This document shows, piece by piece, positions 18,624 to 28,109 of a stretch of DNA of 40,000 bases. Made by a program: the position numbers and the translations under genes. Location of the stretch: NCBI GenBank assembly GCA_963816575.1, contig CAWFLH010000008.1, forward strand, positions 91,089 to 131,088, read 5' to 3'. Position 1 is the first letter of the stretch, and every line of letters starts with the position of its first letter. The notes beneath the pieces are model-generated. The model saw only the letters and a list, made by a program, of their open reading frames with translations. It was not told the origin of the DNA and searched no databases. The DNA comes from an uncultured Acidobacteriaceae bacterium. GTDB taxonomy: Bacteria; Acidobacteriota; Terriglobia; Terriglobales; Acidobacteriaceae.

Positions 18624-19394
18624 TTATTTCTGCCTTTCCAAATCGAACGATGTTTTGCTGTCGGCTTCCTTGTTCTCAAAAACTGCGTGAATTGACTTTC
18701 CGTCAGGCGTTACTGACAAATGCAGGATGCTGACAATCTTGCCCTTGCGCTTACTTGTAAGTTCCACAGTGCTTGAGTTCAGCAGCTTGGCGGAGACCAT
18801 GGTGTGGCCGGGGTCATCTTCGACGGGGTAATCATTGCCATCGAATTTTGCGGTGTACTTTTCACCCAGAGGCGTTTCCGCACTGAAAGCATCCTTCGTG
18901 CATTTGTAGCTGATCCCAGAACCATTACTTGATCGACTTGCTTTGAACGCACGCCATGAACCCGAGATCGCGTGGGAACCGGCAGGTCCGTTTTCGATTC
19001 GATGGCTCTGAAACTCAAGGGTCACAGTTTCTGCTTCGGTCGTATCTTTTACCAGTTGGGTCAGCGTGCTTCCGTCCTGGGAAACGGAATCGATTTCTGT
19101 GAACATCGGGCGCCCGGCCTTCTTGGCGATAATCGCGACTGTGTGCGTGTCCACTTCTTGAACATTGACGGTGTCCACGTACGCGGTCTCCGCAATTTTG
19201 TGGTCGTACCCGTCTGGTTTGATGGCTACATCCCCGAATGTGCAGCCACAATGGAAGGTTTCTTTTTCGAGCGAGTAGAGAGCTGGTTTCTGCGGGACTT
19301 GTTCTCCTGCCTTATTTGCCCAAGTTCCGTCGAAGAGGCTCTGCCCAGATGCTCTACTTGCCAAGAACAACAAAACGAAGATGAGTCTCTTCAT
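18624..19394 (-). CDS. Exported hypothetical protein (256 aa), lower G+C than its neighbours
   Basis: Track ORF 18624..19493, trimmed to ATG 19394 (GAGG upstream), which gives the signal peptide MKRLIFVLLFLASRASGQS. No family was recognised. Confidence 0.6.
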   Translation of the reverse strand: MKRLIFVLLFLASRASGQSLFDGTWANKAGEQVPQKPALYSLEKETFHCGCTFGDVAIKPDGYDHKIAETAYVDTVNVQEVDTHTVAIIAKKAGRPMFTEIDSVSQDGSTLTQLVKDTTEAETVTLEFQSHRIENGPAGSHAISGSWRAFKASRSSNGSGISYKCTKDAFSAETPLGEKYTAKFDGNDYPVEDDPGHTMVSAKLLNSSTVELTSKRKGKIVSILHLSVTPDGKSIHAVFENKEADSKTSFDLERQK

Positions 19395-19475
19395 ATTTAC
19401 CTCAGGGTGCGAAAAATACTTGTCACGGGCAAGGATTCTAAACGACGATATTTCGTTAATGAGAAAGACCGACAG

Positions 19476-19508
19476 CAAAAAAAGAAAAGCCACCTTGTCG
19501 GGCGGCTT
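19476..19508 (-). terminator. Intrinsic terminator downstream of the GloVer gene 19538..20962
   Basis: The minus strand reads AAGCCGCC-CGACAA-GGTGGCTT (8-bp stem with one G-U), followed by TTCTTTTTTTG. It lies 30 nt after the stop. Confidence 0.65.
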
Positions 19509-19537
19509 CTTTATTCGTGGTTCGAGCGCTCAGAGAC

Positions 19538-20962
19538 TCATGGCATCACGACGAATGGCCTGTTGCTGGTCAGCGTGCCGGCGGAGGTCGTTACTGTGAC
19601 GAAGCCTGTCGTCGCTCCCGCTGGAACTGTAGCCTTCACATAAGTCCCGGAGACGACCGTCGCCGTGGAAGGCATTCCATTAAAGGAAACCGTAGTTGCG
19701 GAGGTGAAGCCTTGTCCCAAGATCTCGACAAAACTTCCCACCTTGGCCATAAATGGCACCGTGCTTACGAATGCAGGCACGCTGCCGCCCCAACTGTAGA
19801 CGACACCGCAACGAGCGCACGCGCCGCCTTCATCGGTAACTCCATACAAGAACCCATTCGTGTTCTGGAATGGGGTATAGGGATAGGCTCCCGTGGTGAC
19901 ATCGAAACTATGGAGAACCGAGAAACCGCCAGCTGGAGTGACTTGAAACAGAGTGCCGCAACCGCTTCCGTTGCAGAACGGACTGCTGCCGCCCATGCCG
20001 GTGGCACCGTAGAAATTTCCGTCAGTGGCCTGTATTACGCTGGTAAGTGGAGATGTCCCATCCGTCGGGCTCATGTTGTAGAGGACAGTCGGGACACCGC
20101 TGGGTGTGATCTTGAAAACCACTCCAGCGCCTCCGCTTGCAAAAGCCGTCCCGTAGAAGTTCCCATCGCTACCCTCAACCAGGGGGCCGTGGGGGCTGTC
20201 GAAGGTTTCGGCACCAAAGTTATAGAGCACAGTCACCAAAGTCGCCTTGCCCGGGCGATATGTGACCCGATAAAACACCCCGCCACCCGCGGTCCCTCCG
20301 CTCTCGGTCGTCCCATAGAAATTTCCATCTGTGCCCAGAACCAGCGCATCAGGCTGGCAACCGTTCGGGCCGCCAAAGTCGTGCAAGAGGGCAAAGACGC
20401 CGTTAGTGATTCTGTAGATCGTGCCACAACCCGAAGGCAGCCCCAAACCTGCAGCCACGCCGTAGAAACTTCCGTCCGGACCCAGGATGGGCGGGTCCAA
20501 AGGGGCACCCCCGTCCGTGCCACCCGTGAAGTTGTAGATGGTGGTGAGGCTTCCGGTTTGCGTGATGTCGAATATAGTTCCCCAATTATGGGCTCCCCCC
20601 GTCGAAGTGACCCCAAGAAAGTGTCCGTCCGCGCGGAGAATCAACCCGCCGTCAGGATCCGAGCCGTCGGCGCAGTTCGATTGCGAGCAAAAGTTGTATA
20701 GAACTTGGGCCCGCCCTTCGGCAGTTACCTTGAATACCGCACCACGCGCGTATGTCCCTCCTTCAGAACTCGTAATGTACAGGCTGCCGTCTCGACCCTG
20801 CGCTATCCGGCCCGCAGGCTCTGTGGGACCTCCACTTACGATTTGGTACAACACGGAAAAGTTCTGCGCATATGTGGGCGTGGGTGCGCACATCGCGATC
20901 AGGCTTAGAACGGCCAAAACATGTAGCCGATAGCTCTTGATTCTCGTCATCATTGAGGTCAT
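19538..20962 (-). CDS. Secreted GloVer (Gloeo_Verruco) tandem-repeat protein with a C-terminal IPT/TIG domain
   Basis: Signal peptide (LHVLAVLSLIAMCAPTPTYAQ). It has about 9 repeats of the pattern DG..P...LI...[10 protein letters not shown]....G(T/V)(I/V)F(K/R)(I/V)T..G..T.L..F. The C-terminus (FVSTVPFMAKVGSFVEILGQGFTSATTVSFNG...ATVPAGATTGFVTVTT) is typical IPT/TIG. Confidence 0.8.
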   Translation of the reverse strand: MTSMMTRIKSYRLHVLAVLSLIAMCAPTPTYAQNFSVLYQIVSGGPTEPAGRIAQGRDGSLYITSSEGGTYARGAVFKVTAEGRAQVLYNFCSQSNCADGSDPDGGLILRADGHFLGVTSTGGAHNWGTIFDITQTGSLTTIYNFTGGTDGGAPLDPPILGPDGSFYGVAAGLGLPSGCGTIYRITNGVFALLHDFGGPNGCQPDALVLGTDGNFYGTTESGGTAGGGVFYRVTYRPGKATLVTVLYNFGAETFDSPHGPLVEGSDGNFYGTAFASGGAGVVFKITPSGVPTVLYNMSPTDGTSPLTSVIQATDGNFYGATGMGGSSPFCNGSGCGTLFQVTPAGGFSVLHSFDVTTGAYPYTPFQNTNGFLYGVTDEGGACARCGVVYSWGGSVPAFVSTVPFMAKVGSFVEILGQGFTSATTVSFNGMPSTATVVSGTYVKATVPAGATTGFVTVTTSAGTLTSNRPFVVMP

Positions 20963-21303
20963 GGAAATCCCCCCGAGGCTATCTGGGCGGGCTTGCGAGA
21001 GGCGGAGCAGGCGAAACTGATAGTAGGTCGCAGCCCGCCGCGTGCACTGGTCTCCCTAGAAAGGAGAAACATGCGTACACGGTGCGCTGTAATGATACCT
21101 CATGCTGTGTCCGGACGGGTATCCCGGTCACGCTGCCTGGTGAGAAGGCGGATTGCGTCTGTCCACGAAGTTATCAGGCCAAATCGGTCATTGAGGGGTT
21201 TGGAGCGTTATGGAGGCGTTCACGCACATCGACGCCATGGCAACCTCGGAATAGTCAGCGCGTTTGAGGCAAGCGTAGCGGGCCGAAATTGGGTAACCGG
21301 CAC

Positions 21304-21576
21304 TTACGCTGAAGCGGCCGATGCTTTTGGCTCGGAGAATACGAGCCATTCGAGGGCTGCGAAGGTTAGATACACCTGGGGCGCATCCATTTTCGCCATC
21401 ACGCTGCCGGTAATCTCGCGCAGGGCCGTCACCATGTCGTCGCTTTGAAAACAAAAACCAGTTTCGTCTGTCGCAACCACCGTGCCCGGGAAGGCGCGGC
21501 TGAAAAGAGAAACTTTCACGATAACGTGTTTGTTCACTAGCTTGGCTTTGAACGAAGGCGAGGCTGGCAGGGACAT
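21304..21576 (-). CDS. Small hypothetical protein (90 aa)
   Basis: Track ORF 21304..21603, trimmed to ATG 21576, which has GAGGAA 4-5 nt upstream. No recognisable motifs. Coding status is uncertain. Confidence 0.4.
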   Translation of the reverse strand: MSLPASPSFKAKLVNKHVIVKVSLFSRAFPGTVVATDETGFCFQSDDMVTALREITGSVMAKMDAPQVYLTFAALEWLVFSEPKASAASA

Positions 21577-21837
21577 GGTTCCTCTATAGATTGCGGTGTG
21601 CACTTCGATTGAACAAGCTCTGTTCGGGGTGTGGCGTTACGTCGGTAATTGACTCGGAGGCCTGTTCCGCGTGGCGAAACTGCCGCAGCACCCCTTGACT
21701 GTTGCGGGGTGAGGTTTGAGACAGGTCGCAGCAACTGCTTGGTTCGAGGAAGGGTGGAAGGCGAAGCTGTCGGTGCGCGATATACACTGTTTTCTGCTTT
21801 CTGCTTTGCAACTTCCCTGAAGTAAGGAGCGATTCGC

Positions 21838-23151
21838 ATGGCAGCATCGAGTAATTCGCACGCAGGATTTCTCTCTCGCCGGCACTTTTTTCGGTGGGCC
21901 AGTTCGCTGGCTGCCGCCGTTGGCGCGGCGCCTCTGGTTTCTTCCGCTAGCGCTCTTTCCTCGCCGCTGGCGTCGCCGACGGCAGCGTCGGATGGTGAGG
22001 ACTACTACGCGAAGCTGGGCGTGCCTACGATTATCAATGCCGCCGGCACCTATACCACCTTGACGGCTGCGTGCATGCCGCCGGAGGTTTTGGCGGCGGT
22101 GCAGAAGGCTGCGTTGCATCCGGTGCGTCTGCACGATCTGCAGCAGAAGGCTGGCGAGTACATTGCGCGCCGTCTGAAGTGCGAAGGCGCGGTCGTGACT
22201 TCGGGAGCCTCGGGAGCCATCAGCCTGGCGGCTGCGGCCTGCCTGCAGTACGCGAACAAGATCAACATTCTCGACATGCCGCAGGCGATTAATGGCTTGA
22301 AGAATCAGGTCATCGTGCAGCGTGCGCATCGCTATGAATATGACCGGGCGATGTATCTTTGCGGGGCGCGAGTGACGGAAGTGGTCACGCTCGATGACTA
22401 CAAGCGCGCTTGCGGCGCGGGCGACGGGGTGATGACGAATTTTTTCAATGCTGCGGAAGATGAGGATGGGATCGCAGGGAGCGCAGAGATCGGGCGAGAA
22501 GAGTGGCTGCGGGTAGCGCACGAATACAAGATTCCGTGCCACCTGGATGCAGCCGCGGACATGCCTCCGATTTCGAATCTGTGGAAGTACACCGGCATGG
22601 GTTTCGATCTGGTGGCGTTTTCCGGCGGTAAAGGAATTCGTGGTCCGCAAAACGCAGGGCTGCTTCTGGGCAGGAAAGTCCTGACGGATTTGGCCCATGC
22701 GAATAATAATCCGGGAGACGGAATCGGCCGCGGCATGAAGGTGGCCAAGGAGCAGATCGTCGGCATGGTCGCGGCCGTTGACTGGGTTCTCTCGCACACG
22801 GAAGAGTCGATGCAAGGCGACTACCAGAAGCGCGCCGATCTCATCGCCGATGCTGTGAAGGGCATTCCTTCGGTGAGGACGGAGACGGTGGTTCCGAAGA
22901 TCGCGAACCATGTTCCGCATCTTCTTATACGCTTCGACCCGGCGGTCACCGGGATCACGACTGGGCAGATCGTTGAGGCTTTGCGTCGCGATACGCCTTC
23001 GATTGAGCTGAACCCGAACACTGGACAGAAGCCGAACCAGGGCATTCCGGCAGATGCAAACACGCTGGTGGTTGGGGTGTGGATGTTGCAGCCTGGCGAA
23101 GATGCGATTGTCGGCCGGAGGATTCGCGCGGCCCTCACGAAACAGGCCTAG
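21838..23151 (+). CDS. SelA-like / class-V-fold PLP-dependent enzyme with a twin-arginine (Tat) signal
   Basis: AAGGAG lies 8 nt upstream. The N-terminus is a Tat-type signal (FLSRRHFFRWASSLAAAVGAAPLVSSASA). It has the PLP-lysine motif DLVAFSGGKGIRGPQNAGLLLGRK, as in the L-seryl-tRNA(Sec) selenium transferase-like family (COG1921). Confidence 0.72.
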   Translation: MAASSNSHAGFLSRRHFFRWASSLAAAVGAAPLVSSASALSSPLASPTAASDGEDYYAKLGVPTIINAAGTYTTLTAACMPPEVLAAVQKAALHPVRLHDLQQKAGEYIARRLKCEGAVVTSGASGAISLAAAACLQYANKINILDMPQAINGLKNQVIVQRAHRYEYDRAMYLCGARVTEVVTLDDYKRACGAGDGVMTNFFNAAEDEDGIAGSAEIGREEWLRVAHEYKIPCHLDAAADMPPISNLWKYTGMGFDLVAFSGGKGIRGPQNAGLLLGRKVLTDLAHANNNPGDGIGRGMKVAKEQIVGMVAAVDWVLSHTEESMQGDYQKRADLIADAVKGIPSVRTETVVPKIANHVPHLLIRFDPAVTGITTGQIVEALRRDTPSIELNPNTGQKPNQGIPADANTLVVGVWMLQPGEDAIVGRRIRAALTKQA

Positions 23152-23176
23152 ATTTCCTACACTATCGACAACGAAG

Positions 23177-24418
23177 TTATTCGTAACGCAGAGCTTCGAT
23201 CGGATCCATGCGCGAGGCTCGGACGGCGGGCACCATGCCGCTCACTAGGCCTACGGCAGCGAGGATCAGCGTGGCGACGATCAACGTACCCGGAGCGATG
23301 ACGAGGCGGACGTCGCCGGCTTCCGCGTTCTTCGCCATCGCGCTGTAAAGGGTGAGGCGTCCCACGGAAAGTGAGACCCCGTAGGCCAGGATGATGCCGA
23401 GCGCGCCGCCAATGAAAGTGATAGTCAGCGATTCGGCCAGGAACTGCAGCAGGATGTGACTCCGGCGCGCGCCCAGCGCTTTTTCCACGCCAATCTCGCG
23501 GGTACGCTGCGCTACCGAGACCAGCATGATGTTCATGAGGCCAACTCCGCCGATGCCGAGCGTGAGCGTGCCGATGAAACCGAGAAGAATCTTGAGGCCG
23601 ATCGTGATCAATTCGAACTGGTGGACTTGCTCCATGAGATTGAAGACGTATATGGCGCGCCGGTCGGTGGGGTTGAACTTGTGTTCTATAGCCATCACGG
23701 AGCGCACGGTGTGTTCCAGGTCTTCGTAGGCCGGGGTCTCATAGCTGAACCAGATGGAGCCGAGGTAGCGCGTGTCTTTGATGTCGCTCAGGGTGGTGAA
23801 GGGGATGTAAAGGATGCGGTTGATGTTGTCGTCGCCGGCTTGCATCTTGGGGCTTAGGACCCCGATCACTTCCACGCTGAGGCCATCGATGCGGATGTGT
23901 TCACCCAAGGCGTTGCGTCCTGAGAAAAGCTTGTCTTTGGCCTCTGAGCCAATGACCGCGACGCGGGCGTGCTGTATCTCATCTTCCGGATTGTAAAAGC
24001 GTCCCTGCGCCAACTTGAGGGCGCGGATGGAAAAGACGTTGGGATAGTTTCCGGTCACGTTGAAGGTGAAGGTCCGCGTCTCATACTGGATGTTGGCCTG
24101 CTTATCGGCTTCAGGGGTGATTTGAGCGATTTGAGGAATGTTTGTGGTAAGCGTGTCCACGTCTTCGAGGGTGAAGCGTATCTGTTGGCCGGCTTTCTGG
24201 CCGCCGGCCTGCATGGAGCTGCGGCCAGGCGCAACGATCATCAGCTTGGTGCCGAAGTTGGCGAAGATGCTGGCGCAGGCGCGGCCGAAGCCATCGCCGT
24301 AGGAGAGCAACATGACCACGGTCGCTATACCCCAAGCCATGCCGAGCATGGTGAGGGTGGTGCGGCGGCGGTTGTGCCGCATGGCGCCGTAGGCTTCGCT
24401 GAGAAGATCTCCGAACAT
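23177..24418 (-). CDS. ABC transporter permease, MacB/FtsX family
   Basis: N-terminal TM (RRTTLTMLGMAWGIATVVMLLSYGDG), a large periplasmic MacB-like core, and a C-terminal FtsX bundle (GVEKALGARRSHILLQFLAESLTITFIGGALGIILAY...VPAVRASRMDPIEALRYE). Confidence 0.9.
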   Translation of the reverse strand: MFGDLLSEAYGAMRHNRRRTTLTMLGMAWGIATVVMLLSYGDGFGRACASIFANFGTKLMIVAPGRSSMQAGGQKAGQQIRFTLEDVDTLTTNIPQIAQITPEADKQANIQYETRTFTFNVTGNYPNVFSIRALKLAQGRFYNPEDEIQHARVAVIGSEAKDKLFSGRNALGEHIRIDGLSVEVIGVLSPKMQAGDDNINRILYIPFTTLSDIKDTRYLGSIWFSYETPAYEDLEHTVRSVMAIEHKFNPTDRRAIYVFNLMEQVHQFELITIGLKILLGFIGTLTLGIGGVGLMNIMLVSVAQRTREIGVEKALGARRSHILLQFLAESLTITFIGGALGIILAYGVSLSVGRLTLYSAMAKNAEAGDVRLVIAPGTLIVATLILAAVGLVSGMVPAVRASRMDPIEALRYE

Positions 24419-24453
24419 ACTCTTAGTCGTGCTTTTACTCGTGCTCTTAATCC

Positions 24454-25701
24454 TTACTCCTGGCGGAGCGCTTCGACTGGCGCCAGCATGGCAGCCTTGC
24501 GCGCCGGATAAAGCCCCGCAACCACGCCCGCCAGCGTCAAGCAGCCGATGGCGAGAATCGCCGTCGCGGGCACCAGCTTGGGAGGATCAAAATTCCCCGG
24601 CGACTGCTGCGTACCGAGCAGCGCCATCAGCCCGCCGGCGAACCCCATCCCGATCAATCCGCTCAGTAAAGTAAGGAGGATTCCCTCCAGAAAAAACTGG
24701 AGCAGGATGCTGCGGTTGGTGGCTCCTAAGGCCTTGCGCAATCCGATCTCGCGAGTCCGTTCGCTGACTGCGACCAGCATGATGTTGATGACGCCAATGG
24801 CGCCGAGGACCAGGGTCACGATTCCCACGGTGCCCAGGAACAGGTTCATGGCGTCGAAAATCTTGCCCATCATCTCGGCTTGCTGAACGGTATCCAGGTT
24901 TTCGAAGGCGTCTTCGTCGCGGTAATCGAAACCGTGATTGCGGGCAATGATCTTGTGGACTTCTTCCCGCGCCAGCATGTGCTCTGCAGCCACGCGGGGC
25001 TGATAGTTGATGAGGGAGATAGAGTTCTGATGGTTTTCGCCCTTGAGCGGGAAGTTGGTGGCCATCGTCTGGAAGGGAATATAGCCGCGCATGTTGGTCA
25101 TGTTTTCGTCGCCCCGGCCAATGCGCTTTAGCGTGCCGATCACTTCAAACCTTACGTCGTTGAGCAAGATGAATGCGCCCAGCGCGGGTCGTCCGGAGAA
25201 GAGGTTTCTGGTCAACTCGTCTCCGAGCACGATGACGTTGCGTCTTTGCTTGTCGTCGAAGCCATTGAGCCAGCGCCCCTGCCGGAGCGGGAGGTACCTG
25301 ATCGCGGAATACTGAGGTTCCGCGCCGACAATCTGCCCGTTGGCGCTGGCGAATTCGCTGACCGCGTGCATGTCATCGCGAGACAGGACTGGGGCAGCGT
25401 TGCGAACGTGGGGAGCTTCCGCGCGGATGTCGAGATAGTCTTGATAGGTAAGGAGATAGTTGCGTGCGGAGTTCATGCTTCCGGCGACCACTGGGGCGCG
25501 GCCGGGAAAGATGAACATGATATCTTCGCCGTATTCAGCCAGCCCGCGCTTGTTTCCCGAGCGGAAACCTTCGCCCAAACCGACCAGCAGGAGCAACGAT
25601 CCCACACCCCAGGCCACGCCGAACATGGTGAGGAATGAGCGCAGTTTGTGCGCCCACAGGGTGCGGAAGATTTGCGCGAAGATGTCGAGGATCATCCGCA
25701 T
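24454..25701 (-). CDS. ABC transporter permease, MacB/FtsX family (paralog of 23177..24418)
   Basis: Same architecture: LRSFLTMFGVAWGVGSLLLLVGLGEG, a periplasmic core, then GLRKALGATNRSILLQFFLEGILLTLLSG...YPARKAAMLAPVEALRQE. It is 35 nt upstream of its paralog. Confidence 0.9.
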   Translation of the reverse strand: MRMILDIFAQIFRTLWAHKLRSFLTMFGVAWGVGSLLLLVGLGEGFRSGNKRGLAEYGEDIMFIFPGRAPVVAGSMNSARNYLLTYQDYLDIRAEAPHVRNAAPVLSRDDMHAVSEFASANGQIVGAEPQYSAIRYLPLRQGRWLNGFDDKQRRNVIVLGDELTRNLFSGRPALGAFILLNDVRFEVIGTLKRIGRGDENMTNMRGYIPFQTMATNFPLKGENHQNSISLINYQPRVAAEHMLAREEVHKIIARNHGFDYRDEDAFENLDTVQQAEMMGKIFDAMNLFLGTVGIVTLVLGAIGVINIMLVAVSERTREIGLRKALGATNRSILLQFFLEGILLTLLSGLIGMGFAGGLMALLGTQQSPGNFDPPKLVPATAILAIGCLTLAGVVAGLYPARKAAMLAPVEALRQE

Positions 25702-26043
25702 AATCTATCGTTATTGTACCCTTGGCGGTCCCGTTGGCAGCCGATCTAATGGCTGGCGCTTCCCCCCGGGGGGACACCGTTCAGAGAGCGGCCCGGGAGC
25801 CCCAACCCGCGGCGGTAGGACTGACCGTCCGGTTTGACGGGTAGGATGTGGCAACGGGAAAAACGGCTCCACCCCTCTTCTTGACGCATATCGCAGTTCA
25901 ATTGGATTTTGTGGATAGAATTGCGATGAGAATGAGTGGCTTTGCAGGTTTCCACGAAATTTCCGGCAACGTTTCCCCCAGCTTCACGACAATGCGCATG
26001 AATAGTGCCGACCTAGTAAACCTCCTGGAGAGACTCTCGGTTC

Positions 26044-27441
26044 TCAGAGGACTAGGAAGACAACGTTGCTGGAGAGTGTTCCGGTCGGCGTGGTCACTTC
26101 AACAGTACCCGTCGTTGCACTGCCTGGAACAGTCGCAGAAATTTCGGTAGGCGAAACAACCGTAAATGCTGCAACCTTGCCGTTGAAGGTTACTTTAGTG
26201 GCACCGTTTAGATCAGTCCCGAGAATAAAGATTTGTGCTCCGGTGTAAGCCGCAGCGGGCACTGTTTTCACGAAAGGAGCAAGGCCCAGAGACAACCTGA
26301 ACACTGTGCCGTATAGGTGCTGTCCATTAAACCCGTTCGTGGTTCCGTAAAAGCTGCCGTCGGTGCCCTGCACCAATCCCACTAACGGGTTCATACCGTC
26401 GGTCTTGGTGAACTCGTGCAGAACGGTAAACGTTCCACCCGGCGTAAGCTGGAAAATCATCCCGCAATTACTACCACTGCATTCTCCACCTGCGCCAATG
26501 CCCGGCGTTGTTCCATAGAAGTTCCCATCAGTACCTTGAATCAGCGCCGCATGGCTCGGCCCTCCGATTCCACTGAAGCTGTAAAGCGAGGTGAGTGAAC
26601 CCTCTGGCGTAATCTTATAGATCTGTCCCCGCCCATTCTTTCCTCCTCCGGAAGTTCCATAGAAGTTTCCATCTGTCGCTTGAATCAACGCGGAGGTGGG
26701 GCCTTCACCATCGGTAGAGTTGAAGACATCGAAAGTGGTCAGATGGCCGGCGGTACCAATTTTGAAGAAAGTACCGCAACCAATGTTGTCCTCACACAAT
26801 GGATTGGAGCCACCAGAGAGAGTTGTGCCATACAAAAATCGATCGGCGCCCTGAATAAGTCCCACGACCGGATCATTCCCGTCGGGGCAACCCTTAGTTT
26901 GGCAAAATGTGTGCAGCGTGCTAGCAGCACCTCCCGGCGTCAGCGCGAAGACCGCACCTCCGTATACGCCACCTGGGGGGGCCGTGCCGTAGAAGTTTCC
27001 ATCAACGTAATCCTGAATTAACCCTGCTGGAGATCCGATGCCGGTGCTCAGAGTGGTCAGAGAGCCGCTCTTGAGCTCGAAAAAGGTCGTATGGCTCCCG
27101 TCGGCGAAATAGGTGAGGCCGTAGAAGTCTCCATTGGCGGCCAGCACTAGCCCTTGAGGCCCTCCGCCGTCGGTACCGTCGAACTTAACCACGGTCGTGA
27201 GATTACCGCTAGGAGTAATCTTGAAAATCGTGCCCCAGCCGCCGACGCCCCCTATTCCGCCTCCCAGGGTCGTTCCATAGAAATTTCCGTCTGGTGCCTG
27301 GACCAGCGCGGTGGGGTAGGCTCCGTCGGTGATATCAAAGGTCGCCAGATTGGTGAACGTTTGTGCAGGCGATGATATCGCGGCGGCTACTACTGCAAAG
27401 AGGACGACGCAAGGAGTCCTTAGCGTACGAAACGGAGTCAT
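26044..27441 (-). CDS. Secreted GloVer tandem-repeat protein with a C-terminal IPT/TIG domain (paralog A)
   Basis: Track ORF 26044..27486, trimmed to ATG 27441 (GGAGGG upstream), which gives the signal peptide MTPFRTLRTPCVVLFAVVAAAISSPAQT. It has repeated [10 protein letters not shown]...GTIFKITPSG.LTT units. The C-terminus is VKTVPAAAYTGAQIFILGTDLNGATKVTFNGKVAAFTVVSPTEISATVPGSATTGTVEVTTPTGTLSSNVVFLVL. Confidence 0.82.
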   Translation of the reverse strand: MTPFRTLRTPCVVLFAVVAAAISSPAQTFTNLATFDITDGAYPTALVQAPDGNFYGTTLGGGIGGVGGWGTIFKITPSGNLTTVVKFDGTDGGGPQGLVLAANGDFYGLTYFADGSHTTFFELKSGSLTTLSTGIGSPAGLIQDYVDGNFYGTAPPGGVYGGAVFALTPGGAASTLHTFCQTKGCPDGNDPVVGLIQGADRFLYGTTLSGGSNPLCEDNIGCGTFFKIGTAGHLTTFDVFNSTDGEGPTSALIQATDGNFYGTSGGGKNGRGQIYKITPEGSLTSLYSFSGIGGPSHAALIQGTDGNFYGTTPGIGAGGECSGSNCGMIFQLTPGGTFTVLHEFTKTDGMNPLVGLVQGTDGSFYGTTNGFNGQHLYGTVFRLSLGLAPFVKTVPAAAYTGAQIFILGTDLNGATKVTFNGKVAAFTVVSPTEISATVPGSATTGTVEVTTPTGTLSSNVVFLVL

Positions 27442-27620
27442 AACTTCCCTCCAAAACATGAGCATCCAAACGTGTGCCGCACACAACTTTCAACATACGG
27501 CCAATCTAATCACCCTCTATGTGTCCCATCTATAGTGGATTACATAGGAGTGTGGCCACGCCAATATATTCTCGTCCATTGCGGAAACGGCGTCAAGGTG
27601 AAGGATTTTGCGATAGTCTC

Positions 27621-27636
27621 CTAATTTCCACGACTG
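27621..27636 (+). repeat. Copy 1 of a degenerate direct-repeat motif (CTAATTTCCACGACTG) at the left edge of the island
   Basis: It shares ATTT..ACGACTG with copy 3 (with a 2-nt CC insertion). It starts 10 nt after the paralog-homology breakpoint. Confidence 0.3.
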
Positions 27637-28109
27637 TTTCTCTGATCGTCAGGTTCAGCGAAACTAGCATCCGCAAGCCAACTAGCGAAGCATCAACTAC
27701 AACCAATTGTGGGGCAGTCGTTTATCATGCGCGAATGTGACTGCCCGCCGTATAACTTGACAGGCATCTCAGCATGTGCGCATGTGGCAGCCCAGCGTAT
27801 GTACAAAAAGCGGGGGGATGAAAAGAAGAAACGAGGGGGACTGGCATAGGAAACAATCCCCAACAAATTCTTGTCGCTGATTGAATGCTGCCCTTAACGC
27901 AACACCTTGGGAAAGCCGAAAACTTCCGACCTTGCCACACGCGGTTCGACGCACTTCATTCAGTGCGGCATGTCTACTTCAATGGACTATTCCGCCTTTC
28001 GTAACAAACTGATATTTTGTTAGTTTCCCACACCATAGTCTGACAACATTCCGACCATTGCCTTCCGTTCGTCGAAGCGCGCGCGAGTCTGGATTGAAGT
28101 TACTATAAG

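Noticed and set aside
20953-21448. ORFs 20953..21267 and 20993..21448 upstream of the first GloVer gene
   Set aside because: They have an Arg-rich composition, no RBS and no motifs, and they overlap the better-supported minus-strand small ORF 21304..21576.
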